NCBI GenBank assembly: GCA_000431335.1
Contig: FR888054.1
Span: forward strand, 10,410 to 74,409
Source of the DNA: Clostridium sp. CAG:343
GTDB taxonomy: Bacteria > Bacillota > Clostridia > TANB77 > CAG-508
Direction: 5' to 3'
DNA length: 64,000 nucleotides
Shown piece by piece: positions 18,970 to 28,231 of the stretch. The notes below the pieces were generated by a model. That model did no database searches, was not told where the DNA came from, and was given only the letters and a program-made list of their open reading frames with translations. Each line of letters begins with the position of its first letter. Position 1 is the stretch's first letter. The position numbers and the translations under genes were made by a program.

Positions 18970-20265
18970 TTATCTTTCTTCATCTGTTAAATCTTTTGTA
19001 CTTACATTTTTTGATTCTTGTATTTGGTTTTGTTTTTGCTCTCTTTGTTTCTTTATATCAGAATTTCTAGTTACATCAACTTCTATTTTTCCATCCACCA
19101 AATAGAAATCTTGTCCACCAACTAATCTACTAATATTATCAATTGAACCTCCAATTTTATTAATAGCTTCCTCTTTAGTGCACTTTCCTTCATCTAATTT
19201 TTTTAATAAATCTTGGTTTTCTTTTATAACTTCAATGTAGTCTGCAATTTCTTTTGGCATATTACTATTAAAACCTAGATCTAAAAAATTATCATATCTG
19301 TACTTTTCTTGATTTTCTTTTAATTTTATATAATAAGTTTTGTCATTTGGTCCATCATTTTGTTGTATATCAAATGTGATATCTTCTTCATTAGTTTTTA
19401 ATGGATCACTTAATTTTTCTTGAAGAACTTCATAACTTACTTGGTAATTATCTTTTGCCATTTTCATTACTTCTCCCATAGATATCTGAGAAAAATCTGC
19501 TTTAATCTCGTCATTTAATTCAAATAGTTTTTGTGCTGTTTCTTCGCTTATTCCCATTTGCTCTATCGTCTTTCCTTCTTCTTGAGCAACTTGCATATCT
19601 ATTGGTTTATCTATATGTCTATTTATTTCACTATATGCATATGTGGCTACTCCTGCGGTTAATGTTAACACTCCTGTAATAGCTGCAACTCTTTTTGCAA
19701 TTTTTTTTAATTTTTCATGCTTCTTTTTCTGAACTTTATAGTTTTTATGTTGCGCTCCTTTTCTCGGTGCTTTTATTTCTGGTTCTGTTGATTCTCGTAA
19801 ATGCTTTTTACCTTCATTTACAAATCTTGGCATGTCTAATGGTTTATTTTCATTTACTTGTTTGTTGTAACTTTCTAGGATTTTTTGAAATCTCTCTGCA
19901 TCTAATTCAAATCTCACTTTGCTGAATTCTTCTTCTTCATAAAGTGGATGAATCTTATACTCTTCTTTTGGACTAATTTCCATTTTTGCTTTTTTTAGAT
20001 TATTTTTAGCTATTAAATATGCTTCATATGATTTTTTAAACTTTTCACTTGCTTCCCTCAACCTTCTTACTGTCTCCACATCTACAAACGAATCACATCT
20101 ACCATTATATCTATAAGCTATTTTTAGTAATTTTTTTTCTTTTTCTAATTCGTCTTTTTCTTTATTATCCTCTAGTGGAATATCAATTGATGTATTCTTA
20201 CCATTTCCTCCTTGAATTACTTTTAATGAGGCTCTAAACTTTTCCTTTTCATCATTCATAATCAT
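18970..20265 (-). CDS. hypothetical K/E-rich protein with one TM segment
   Basis: 431-aa ORF with central TM VAAITGVLTLTAGVATYAY. No recognisable domain. Lies directly downstream of the giant gene. Confidence 0.5.
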   Translation of the reverse strand: MIMNDEKEKFRASLKVIQGGNGKNTSIDIPLEDNKEKDELEKEKKLLKIAYRYNGRCDSFVDVETVRRLREASEKFKKSYEAYLIAKNNLKKAKMEISPKEEYKIHPLYEEEEFSKVRFELDAERFQKILESYNKQVNENKPLDMPRFVNEGKKHLRESTEPEIKAPRKGAQHKNYKVQKKKHEKLKKIAKRVAAITGVLTLTAGVATYAYSEINRHIDKPIDMQVAQEEGKTIEQMGISEETAQKLFELNDEIKADFSQISMGEVMKMAKDNYQVSYEVLQEKLSDPLKTNEEDITFDIQQNDGPNDKTYYIKLKENQEKYRYDNFLDLGFNSNMPKEIADYIEVIKENQDLLKKLDEGKCTKEEAINKIGGSIDNISRLVGGQDFYLVDGKIEVDVTRNSDIKKQREQKQNQIQESKNVSTKDLTDEER

Positions 20266-20318
20266 TTCTCCTTTGAATATCTAATTATTATATATCATTT
20301 TCACAAAAAAAATGCAAC

Positions 20319-21071
20319 TCATTCATAAAAATATTCTATAATTCCATTATAAATTCCCCAAGCTAGTTTATCTTGATATGTATTTTCTAATAATTGTTTT
20401 TCTTCCTCTGGGTTAGATAAAAATCCACATTCTACTATTGATATAGGTATTTCAACATGTTTCATAATATAAACAGTATCTAATTTCATCGCTACTCTTT
20501 TGTTTTCTTTTTGTATAGATTTATTTAAATTTTCTTGCAATAACTTAGCTAATTTTATACTATTTTCATCATTTGGTTTATAAAAACATTGCCAACCATA
20601 ATACTGTTGTTGAGGTATTTTATTTAAGTGAATAGATACAAATATGTCAGCAGAACTTTCATTTCCTATTTTTACTCTATTATGAATATCAGATATTTTC
20701 TTTTGTTTAAGTGTTTGTGAATCTAAATCATAAATAGCATTTTCGTCTGAACGAGTTAATATTACATTACACCCACTTTGTTCTAATAAATTTTGTACTT
20801 TTAGTGTTATTTTTAAATTTGTTTCTGCTTCAGTCGTTCCATTGCTACTTTGTGCACCTTCATCTGGTACACCATGCCCAGCATCTAACACTACCGTTTT
20901 TCCTGACACTGGCGTAGCCGTTGTTTGTATTACACTTTCATTATTTTGATTTTTATTTTTCTCTCCTTTTTGATTATTATTTGCTATTTGCAACGAAAAT
21001 GTAAATATTCCTACTAACAATGCAGATATAATTATTTGAATTCTCTTTTTATTAATTATTACCATAATCAA
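20319..21071 (-). CDS. cwlD: N-acetylmuramoyl-L-alanine amidase, CwlD-type (Amidase_3)
   Basis: N-terminal TM segment. VVLDAGHGVPDEGAQSSNGTTEAETNL...VSIHLN...ECGFLSNPEE matches the Amidase_3/CwlD pattern and size. Confidence 0.75.
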   Translation of the reverse strand: MIMVIINKKRIQIIISALLVGIFTFSLQIANNNQKGEKNKNQNNESVIQTTATPVSGKTVVLDAGHGVPDEGAQSSNGTTEAETNLKITLKVQNLLEQSGCNVILTRSDENAIYDLDSQTLKQKKISDIHNRVKIGNESSADIFVSIHLNKIPQQQYYGWQCFYKPNDENSIKLAKLLQENLNKSIQKENKRVAMKLDTVYIMKHVEIPISIVECGFLSNPEEEKQLLENTYQDKLAWGIYNGIIEYFYE

Positions 21072-21074
21072 AAC

Positions 21075-21109
21075 TCCTAATATAAATATTTATTATATTT
21101 ATATTAGGA
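21075..21109 (-). terminator. hairpin downstream of the displaced rel fragment (probable ancestral rel terminator)
   Basis: TCCTAATATAAATA (21075-21088) pairs with TATTTATATTAGGA (21096-21109). Confidence 0.35.
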
Positions 21110-21130
21110 ATTTAATATTTTATTCTTATT

Positions 21131-21217
21131 TATTTTATTACTCTTATCATATTTGGTATTTCCATTAGCTCTTCTGATAATTTATCTACTTGCTCCATTC
21201 TTCTAATTTCTGCAACA
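21131..21217. repeat. 87-bp direct repeat, copy 1
   Basis: 100% identical to 28233-28319 by eye. Confidence 0.85.
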
Positions 21218-21393
21218 TTTCTAATTCACTTGTTATAATTTCTACAATATTTCCATCTTGCAATTTAGTAACAAGTGGCATTTCTATGCTATTTATTTTA
21301 CACCCTACCATATGATTTCCAACTTCGTCATGAATAGAATAGGCAAAATCAATTGCTGTTGCTCCTTTTGGTTATACTTTAATATTTCCTTTC
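21131..21393 (-). pseudogene. relA: displaced, decayed 3' fragment of the rel gene
   Basis: 21131-21217 is identical to 28233-28319. 21218-21393 is about 90% identical to 28553-28727. The roughly 230 bp between these blocks in the live gene is missing here. Confidence 0.8.
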
Positions 21394-21470
21394 CGAATAA
21401 CAACTAATCTTAAACAGCTATATTGATTATACAAGAAAATTTCATAAAAGGTGAATCAAAATAATAGTTA

Positions 21471-21613
21471 TTATTTTAAATATTCATCAATTTTTTCTAA
21501 CGCATATCTAACCAAAATATTATATATTTCTTCACTATTGGCATTTTCTTTTGTCCCGAGTTATGACCGTATAATCTTTACCATCTATGGTATAAATTTC
21601 TTTTTCTCCCCAT
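21471..21613 (-). CDS. small ORF (46 aa) readable only with two +1 events, one at an in-frame CGG
   Basis: GGGAGTG-6 nt-ATG. Reading ATG(G)GGA GAA ... ACT (C)GGG ACA ... gives MGEKEIYTIDGKDYTVITGTKENANSEEIYNILVRYALEKIDEYLK. The span is 3n+2. Confidence 0.3.
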
Positions 21614-21864
21614 TTAATTCACTCCCATTAAAAAATATTAGTGTGTTTTTAAAATTATTACTAATATAATCTATATTAGATAAAGTCTTATATTTATTGC
21701 TATTCAATTATAAATTTTTAGAGATTTTTTATGTCTCTATATAAATAGGCAAAATGAAATGTGCTATTTTCCCAAAAGGTAAAAATTTTTTCTTTTTGAA
21801 GCAAAAAAAGAAAGTAGCTTTCTACTTTCTTTTCAATATTATTTTATATGTCATATCTCATCTC

Positions 21865-22527
21865 TTATACTATATTCAATATTTCCTTCATTGATTTTAT
21901 TTTATAATCTGGTTCCATTAAGATTTCTTCTTTTTTCTTCCACTTATTATTTATTTCTTGTTCATACCAGATAGTTTTTACTCCTAAAATTTTCACTCCT
22001 AATAAATCTTCTAATAATTCATCACTAACAAAAGCTATCTTATTATATTCTTGTTTTGGAATATCTTCAAAAGCTTTCATATATACTTTTAAATTAGGTT
22101 TTCTTTCTTTAACAGCTTCTGAAATGATTATTTTTTTAAAATATTTTTTTATATCTTCTCTTTCTAAAATGTATTCTACATTTCTAATTGAATTATTACT
22201 TATAATACCTAGATAATATCCTTTCTCATACAATTTAATAATTGTATTTCTTGTTTCTTCATCTAAAATATGAGATTCTAATAATAACATATCAATTTCT
22301 TCTAAATCCTCTTTAGATATATTTAAGATTAATGATAAATCTTCATATATCTCTTTTTCTGTAATCTTTCCTAGTGAATTTAAAATTTGATAACTTTTCC
22401 ATTTTCTAAATATATCATCCCATTGCAAATTGTATTTTTCTAATATTTTATTTATTTTATCATCAACATTTTCAAATTTACTAATTAAAGTATACCCCCA
22501 ATCAAAAAATATGTATTTACACTCCAT
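21865..22527 (-). CDS. HAD-superfamily hydrolase
   Basis: IFFDWGYTL motif I-like start, ..GIISNN.., ..FVSDE... Last gene of the seven-gene operon. Confidence 0.6.
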   Translation of the reverse strand: MECKYIFFDWGYTLISKFENVDDKINKILEKYNLQWDDIFRKWKSYQILNSLGKITEKEIYEDLSLILNISKEDLEEIDMLLLESHILDEETRNTIIKLYEKGYYLGIISNNSIRNVEYILEREDIKKYFKKIIISEAVKERKPNLKVYMKAFEDIPKQEYNKIAFVSDELLEDLLGVKILGVKTIWYEQEINNKWKKKEEILMEPDYKIKSMKEILNIV

Positions 22528-22529
22528 AA

Positions 22530-22907
22530 CTATCTTTCTCCTTCATCTTTTATATTCTGCGTTTCCTCTATAATTATATGTTTAAAAAATCTTTCCTGAA
22601 ATTCTACTAAAGCCTCTATTTGTTCTCTGGTATATATCTTTCCCTCTGGTGCAATTATTAATTTATCATCATCATCATCTAGTCTATGTATTGCTGCTAT
22701 ACATTTTCCTTCATATTCTTCCAACGGTTCAAATACGCCTATTATATAGGCATCTAATTCAGCTCCATCACCACTGATCGTATTAGGAACATAACCGTAA
22801 TTTAATGGATATATAAAATTCCATTTTGGATGTTTTACTCCCATAGGTCTATCCATAACAATATGAACCTTTTTACCCAAAAAGTCTTTATAATTTGCTT
22901 TTTCCAT
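22530..22907 (-). CDS. small inorganic-pyrophosphatase-like protein
   Basis: YGYVPNTISGDGAELDAYIIG and RLDDDDDKLIIAP resemble family-I PPase metal-binding motifs, in a 125-aa protein. Confidence 0.5.
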   Translation of the reverse strand: MEKANYKDFLGKKVHIVMDRPMGVKHPKWNFIYPLNYGYVPNTISGDGAELDAYIIGVFEPLEEYEGKCIAAIHRLDDDDDKLIIAPEGKIYTREQIEALVEFQERFFKHIIIEETQNIKDEGER

Positions 22908-22921
22908 ACTATATATCCTTT

Positions 22922-23869
22922 CTAATATAATTTTTCATCTATCATATCTGATAATTTTTTTATATTTCCTCTAGCAGTATATATTTTTGTTTCCTCAACA
23001 AGCTTCTTCACAAAATTCATTCTTTTCATTGCTAATTCTTGATTATCAAAATTAGGAAATGGATAATCTGTACTCAAAACAATATTTCTATCAGCTCTAA
23101 TATATTCTGACACTACTTTCATAGTAGCTAATGTTGCAACATCCTCTCTCTGTTCTGTTAAATTTGTCTCTTCATCTTTCACTGGATATGTAGAAGTAAA
23201 TAATATATTTGAAAGTTTAGATGTCTTATTTACTTTTATTCCTAACTCATCAAATTCTGGATTTATATATATTTTGTTTTCCCATGGCTTTTCCATTTTT
23301 TCTTTATCGATTTTATTTACCAAACTTGGAAAATATTCATGTATTACTCCAACTCTAATATGAGTTTGAAGTGTACCACAATAAATATATGGTATTCCAT
23401 TTTCAATACCTATAATTGCTCTATCATTGCAAACAAAATTATATCCTTTTTCCATGCAAAGATACATCGCTAATGTAGTTTTTCCTGAACCTGGTTCTCC
23501 TGAAATTAATGTTGCCTTACCATCTTTCTCAACTATTGCACAATGAATAAAATATTTATCTTCTTTATTTAATTCTTTTGCAAACATTGATAATGCTAAA
23601 TATATTAAGTCAGGTAAATACAATTCACTTTCTGGTACACATATTAATGCTTGATTTAAGTCTGGATTTATTTGTACTAAATTAGGACTTTTATCTAAAT
23701 AAATCAAATAATTACCATCCAATCCTACATTCTGATCTGGTATAATTTCTATTCCTGGTATTGTCTCTGGAACTTGTTCTTCATCTGTTAAAAAATAATT
23801 ATAAATTTTTTCTGAATTAGTAGCAAAAATAATTTCTGCTGAATGACATTTCATTCTTAATTTTTTCAT
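22922..23869 (-). CDS. HPr-kinase-like P-loop protein (HprK-related kinase family)
   Basis: HCAIVEKDGKATLISGEPGSGKTTLAMYLCMEKGYNFVCNDRAII resembles the HprK C-terminal P-loop core. ATG 23869 follows AAGGAGGG. Confidence 0.5.
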   Translation of the reverse strand: MKKLRMKCHSAEIIFATNSEKIYNYFLTDEEQVPETIPGIEIIPDQNVGLDGNYLIYLDKSPNLVQINPDLNQALICVPESELYLPDLIYLALSMFAKELNKEDKYFIHCAIVEKDGKATLISGEPGSGKTTLAMYLCMEKGYNFVCNDRAIIGIENGIPYIYCGTLQTHIRVGVIHEYFPSLVNKIDKEKMEKPWENKIYINPEFDELGIKVNKTSKLSNILFTSTYPVKDEETNLTEQREDVATLATMKVVSEYIRADRNIVLSTDYPFPNFDNQELAMKRMNFVKKLVEETKIYTARGNIKKLSDMIDEKLY

Positions 23870-23891
23870 TTTAAAACCCTCCTTACTTAAT

Positions 23892-25136
23892 TTAAAAAAC
23901 ATTATCATTTTCTAGCAATTTTATTATTCTGTTCTTTTCTTGAATTATATCATATTCAATTTTACTTTCAAAACAATAATTTTTAATTATTACTTTTCCA
24001 TCTTTTATAACAATTTCGGGCTTATTTCCAGATGTATATATTAGATTTTCTATAATAGATCTATTGTATGTTAAATTCAGACTATTTCTATTATAAAATA
24101 ATATATCAGCCTTATTTCCTTCATCAATACTTCCCGAATTTATCTTCATATATCTAGCAGGATTGACAGTAATCATATCTAATAATTCACAGCTATTCAA
24201 GTTGGTTAATAACGCTGTTACTCTTAAACTATCTAATAGTGATAGTGAATCATTTGTTGCAGGTCCATCTGTTGCAATCATTACATTAATTTTATTGTCT
24301 AATAATTTTTTTACATTGCAAGGTTTATTTTTTAGCTTCAAATTACTACTGTGACATGCCACAACTGATACTTTGTTATCTTTCAATAGCTTTACATCAT
24401 CATCATCCAAATAATTGCAGTGTACTAATAAAGTATTTTCATTGAGTAATTTATATTTATTCAGCAGTTCTATTGGTGTCATTCCATATTTTTTCTTAAT
24501 GTAATCAACTTCTTCAATAGTTTCGCAAATATGCAAACTTAATTTAGTTTCTTTATTTCGATTCAAAAAATTAGAAATCTCAATTAAAGTTCCTTCATCT
24601 ATCCATTTTACAGAGTGTAGCCCTACAAAATATTCTACATTACCTATTTTTTGTAAAGAATTAAATTTTTCTTCAAAATCTATTTTATAATCTTTTAATT
24701 TTTTAGAATTCATCATAGGATAGCCTAAAAAAGCATTAACAGGAAATTTAAACACATTAGGCCATCCTCTAACTCCAAATACAGTTAATGTTCCATTTTG
24801 TATAGATTCCAAAACAACATTATTTATTGAACTATTTCTAATTTCATCATTAATTTCTTTAAATTTATCATGAAATTTTTCTCCTAATAAAATATATTCC
24901 TCTGTTGATAGATTTTCCTTATATCCTCTTAAAAAATATTCTCCAAAATGAATATGTGCATTTAAAAATGCAGGTAAAAGTATATATTCTTCTGCGTTTA
25001 TCAGTTGATTACTTGGAATTATTTCATTTCCCAAATATGTAATTATCCCATCTTTTATTCCTATATTGACTTGTTTTATTTCTCTTTTTTGATTTTGGGT
25101 TACAACTAATCCATTTATTATTAATAAATCTAACAT
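23892..25136 (-). CDS. metal-dependent amidohydrolase (chlorohydrolase/deaminase-like)
   Basis: PAFLNAHIHFGE (HxH), ..SLHICE.., ..HCNYL.., ..IATDGP.. fit the amidohydrolase_1 pattern. Confidence 0.65.
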   Translation of the reverse strand: MLDLLIINGLVVTQNQKREIKQVNIGIKDGIITYLGNEIIPSNQLINAEEYILLPAFLNAHIHFGEYFLRGYKENLSTEEYILLGEKFHDKFKEINDEIRNSSINNVVLESIQNGTLTVFGVRGWPNVFKFPVNAFLGYPMMNSKKLKDYKIDFEEKFNSLQKIGNVEYFVGLHSVKWIDEGTLIEISNFLNRNKETKLSLHICETIEEVDYIKKKYGMTPIELLNKYKLLNENTLLVHCNYLDDDDVKLLKDNKVSVVACHSSNLKLKNKPCNVKKLLDNKINVMIATDGPATNDSLSLLDSLRVTALLTNLNSCELLDMITVNPARYMKINSGSIDEGNKADILFYNRNSLNLTYNRSIIENLIYTSGNKPEIVIKDGKVIIKNYCFESKIEYDIIQEKNRIIKLLENDNVF

Positions 25137-25145
25137 TATTATCTC

Positions 25146-26282
25146 CTATTTTTTAGGTTTTCCAATCCAAGTACATAAATAGTTTTCATGTACTAATTGC
25201 TTTTCTCCCTTTTTATATTCAATATTATCATTAAAATTAATTTCTTTAAAGCAGAATGGATCTCTTGCATACAAATCCTTTTTACCTGTTTCACATTTTT
25301 TACATGTATATGCCATTGCAAAACATCCACCTCTACAGATTTCCGCCTTATCGCAATCCTTGCACCCCTCTATTTTTTCATAATTTTCCTTTCTAATTTT
25401 AAAGCTATTAAATTGTTCTGAATTAACTATATCGAATATATCATCAGTTAGCAAATCTCCTACTCTATAATCATGCATATATACACATGGAGATACGGGA
25501 ATTTTCCCATCTGGTGTTATTGAATTAATTCTCATAGAATATATACCACATGCACATCCCCTAATTTTATTATTATCAACTAAACCAGATAAAGTAGGTT
25601 CACTTAATTCTACTGTATCGCATTTTTTAAATAAATATTTGTAATTTTCAAGGACTTGCTCTTTACTAGGTATAAGTTGAAAATGCTTTGGCTGAATTGG
25701 CTTTAATAAGTTAAATCTTATGTTTGAATCATATTTTTTTGCTAACTCTAGCAAAGCATCTATACGATCTTTTGTAAAATTCCAATTCATTGCACACATT
25801 ATAATACCTGATTTAATATCATTCTTTTTACATATTTCTAGAGCTTCAATGGCATATTTATATACATCTCCACCTCTGTTTTCATTATGCTCTTTTTCAT
25901 AAGGAGAATCAAGGCTAATATCTACATCGTTTAATAATTTTAAACATTCTGGATAAACATTTTTTAGAGCAATTAAACTTATTCCTGATGTTGTTATCCC
26001 TACTTTTATGTTTCTTTTTGTTAACTCTTTCAATATATATGGTAATAAACTATCTTGAACTTTTAAACCATTGGTAAAAATTGGTTCATTACCACCTAAG
26101 TTAATAGTCTCTACTCCTATTTTTTTTACTTGTTTAATTACTTTATCAACAATTTCTTTTGTGAGATTTTTCCCTTTTTCTCTAACACTCATTGAATAAC
26201 AGTGTTTACATTTACAAGGGCAATCATTTCCTAATGTCCAACCAATGTTTTTAATTTGTTTCTCTGTTTCCTCCGCTTCCAT
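25146..26282 (-). CDS. radical SAM enzyme with C-terminal SPASM domain
   Basis: CPCKCKHC (CX3CX2C) near the N-terminus. C-terminal CACG...PC...CKDCDKAEICRGGC is SPASM-type auxiliary-cluster Cys spacing. Confidence 0.8.
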   Translation of the reverse strand: MEAEETEKQIKNIGWTLGNDCPCKCKHCYSMSVREKGKNLTKEIVDKVIKQVKKIGVETINLGGNEPIFTNGLKVQDSLLPYILKELTKRNIKVGITTSGISLIALKNVYPECLKLLNDVDISLDSPYEKEHNENRGGDVYKYAIEALEICKKNDIKSGIIMCAMNWNFTKDRIDALLELAKKYDSNIRFNLLKPIQPKHFQLIPSKEQVLENYKYLFKKCDTVELSEPTLSGLVDNNKIRGCACGIYSMRINSITPDGKIPVSPCVYMHDYRVGDLLTDDIFDIVNSEQFNSFKIRKENYEKIEGCKDCDKAEICRGGCFAMAYTCKKCETGKKDLYARDPFCFKEINFNDNIEYKKGEKQLVHENYLCTWIGKPKK

Positions 26283-26284
26283 TT

Positions 26285-26998
26285 TTAATCTCCTTTCAAA
26301 ATTTCTTTTCTTATTTTTTTCATTTGCATTTTTATATTTTCATATTTTAATAAATTTATATCTGAATTATTTTTTAGGTAATCCATATATAATTCTTCGT
26401 ATAAATTTAAGTAGACTTTATATTGTTTGTATGAATAATATTTTTCTGTAATATTCCATAACTTAAATAAATTATCTATTTCGTCTTCTACTTTAGTATT
26501 TTTTTCTTCTTCCTTTATTATATCCTTTCTATTTGCTAATATATAAAGTAAAAATTCACAATCATTTTTTTGTCTTATTCTATTAATATAATTTAAAATC
26601 ACTTTTATTTTATTATCAACTATTCCTACATTTTTTAAGCAATACTTATATTCGTTTATTCTTTCAAAATGTCCCTCATATATTTTTTTATCTATAATAT
26701 TTAAAGTATTATCTTCATAATTTATTGTAAATATTTGACCATGAATAATATGATAATTTTCAATCTGACCTTTTTCATTAATAGCTTTCATAGATTTTAT
26801 ATAATCAAATTTATTTTCATTATACTTATATATTTTTTCATTTTGTATAATTTCCTGTAATTCATCTGCTCGCATTAATTCCAAAGTTACATACTCTTCT
26901 AATTTTTTACTATTTCTTAATTTTTGAATAAATTCTTCATCATCTATTATTTCTACTTTTCCGTGATTTAAAATATTAATTTTAATATCGTTCTTCAT
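26285..26998 (-). CDS. hypothetical protein (237 aa), no recognisable domain
   Basis: Tightly packed between the PHP and radical SAM genes (17-nt overlap and 2-nt gap). Confidence 0.5.
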   Translation of the reverse strand: MKNDIKINILNHGKVEIIDDEEFIQKLRNSKKLEEYVTLELMRADELQEIIQNEKIYKYNENKFDYIKSMKAINEKGQIENYHIIHGQIFTINYEDNTLNIIDKKIYEGHFERINEYKYCLKNVGIVDNKIKVILNYINRIRQKNDCEFLLYILANRKDIIKEEEKNTKVEDEIDNLFKLWNITEKYYSYKQYKVYLNLYEELYMDYLKNNSDINLLKYENIKMQMKKIRKEILKGD

Positions 26999-27890
26999 AA
27001 TCTAAACCTCCTTGAGTTATCATTCTTGTTTTATCAATCCAAGGAGATATAATTTTTTCTGGTATATTTAAATTTCCCCTACCTATTCCTATTTCTGAAT
27101 CAGGAGTACCATGTGAATCGCTTCCTCCTGAAATATATAAATTATGTTCTTTCGCAAATTCAAGTGCAAATTTTTGTTGTTCCTGTGAATAGTATGGATA
27201 ATACCCTTCTATTCCATCCAATAATCCTTCATTTACTAAAGTCTCCAAAACACCTTTAGAATTTTCATTATACTTAAATATATGTGGCATAAAAACTTTC
27301 CCACCACATTTTCTTATTAATTCAACAACTTGTTTATAAGATGGTATAAGGCTTGAAAAATCCACAAAAAAATCGCTATTTGGATTTGCAGTATATGTTA
27401 GCAAGAACGTTCTACAATTATTCCATGCATCATCTGAAATATATTTTTTATTTTCTATATGTCTAGTGATTTCTTTAAATACCGCTCTTTTTCCTTTTTC
27501 TTTATTTACATCATATTGTATCCTTGACACATCTATTTTCAATCCCATTTCTAAGCATTTCTGAATTATTAGATTAGTTTCATATATATTATAGTCTAGC
27601 TTTGATAAATATAATTTCGATATTTCTTCTTGTGCCAAATCTGTATCAATATTATATCCTATTAACTCTATTGGAACATTGTTTACTATTGTAGAGAATT
27701 CACATCCTGGTATTATCTTTCCTTCGTAATATTTAGCTATTAATATATTATTTAATTCCTTATATGCTTCACAAGTATTATTATCCGTTATTGCTATTAT
27801 AGAAACTTTCCTTCTTTGTGCAATCTGTAATACCTCTTTTAAATTACTTTGTCCTCCAGAATAATTAGTGTGAATATGAAGATCTATCAT
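26982..27890 (-). CDS. PHP-domain phosphoesterase
   Basis: MIDLHIHTNYS start and ..GGSDSHG.. near the C-terminus are PHP metal ligands. RBS is AAAGGAGAG. Confidence 0.7.
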   Translation of the reverse strand: MIDLHIHTNYSGGQSNLKEVLQIAQRRKVSIIAITDNNTCEAYKELNNILIAKYYEGKIIPGCEFSTIVNNVPIELIGYNIDTDLAQEEISKLYLSKLDYNIYETNLIIQKCLEMGLKIDVSRIQYDVNKEKGKRAVFKEITRHIENKKYISDDAWNNCRTFLLTYTANPNSDFFVDFSSLIPSYKQVVELIRKCGGKVFMPHIFKYNENSKGVLETLVNEGLLDGIEGYYPYYSQEQQKFALEFAKEHNLYISGGSDSHGTPDSEIGIGRGNLNIPEKIISPWIDKTRMITQGGLDYEERY

Positions 27891-28183
27891 ACTTCTCTCC
27901 TTTATTTTTACATAATCGTTTTACCATATCTTTCCAGTAATTTCAATACTTATTATATAAGCAATTAATTTATTAGTTTTATTATAGAATGGAATAAAAA
28001 AATATCTTCTATTTATTTTGTTTTTATCAATATGAATATTTATTACATAATTCTCCTATTATAATTGCACATTCCACTCAAAGTTTTTTATTAAATTTTT
28101 ATTTACTATAATATATCTACTGTTTGAAAGTAGATTTGTTAATGAACTTATACTTATTCCCATATATTTATTTCTTTTAAATT

Positions 28184-28210
28184 CAAAAAAATAAAGTGCC
28201 TAAGCACTTT
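28184..28210 (-). terminator. rho-independent terminator of rel
   Basis: Minus strand: AAAGTGC-TTAG-GCACTTT followed by ATTTTTTT. Confidence 0.6.
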
Positions 28211-28231
28211 ACTTTTGCTGTATAAGATTAG

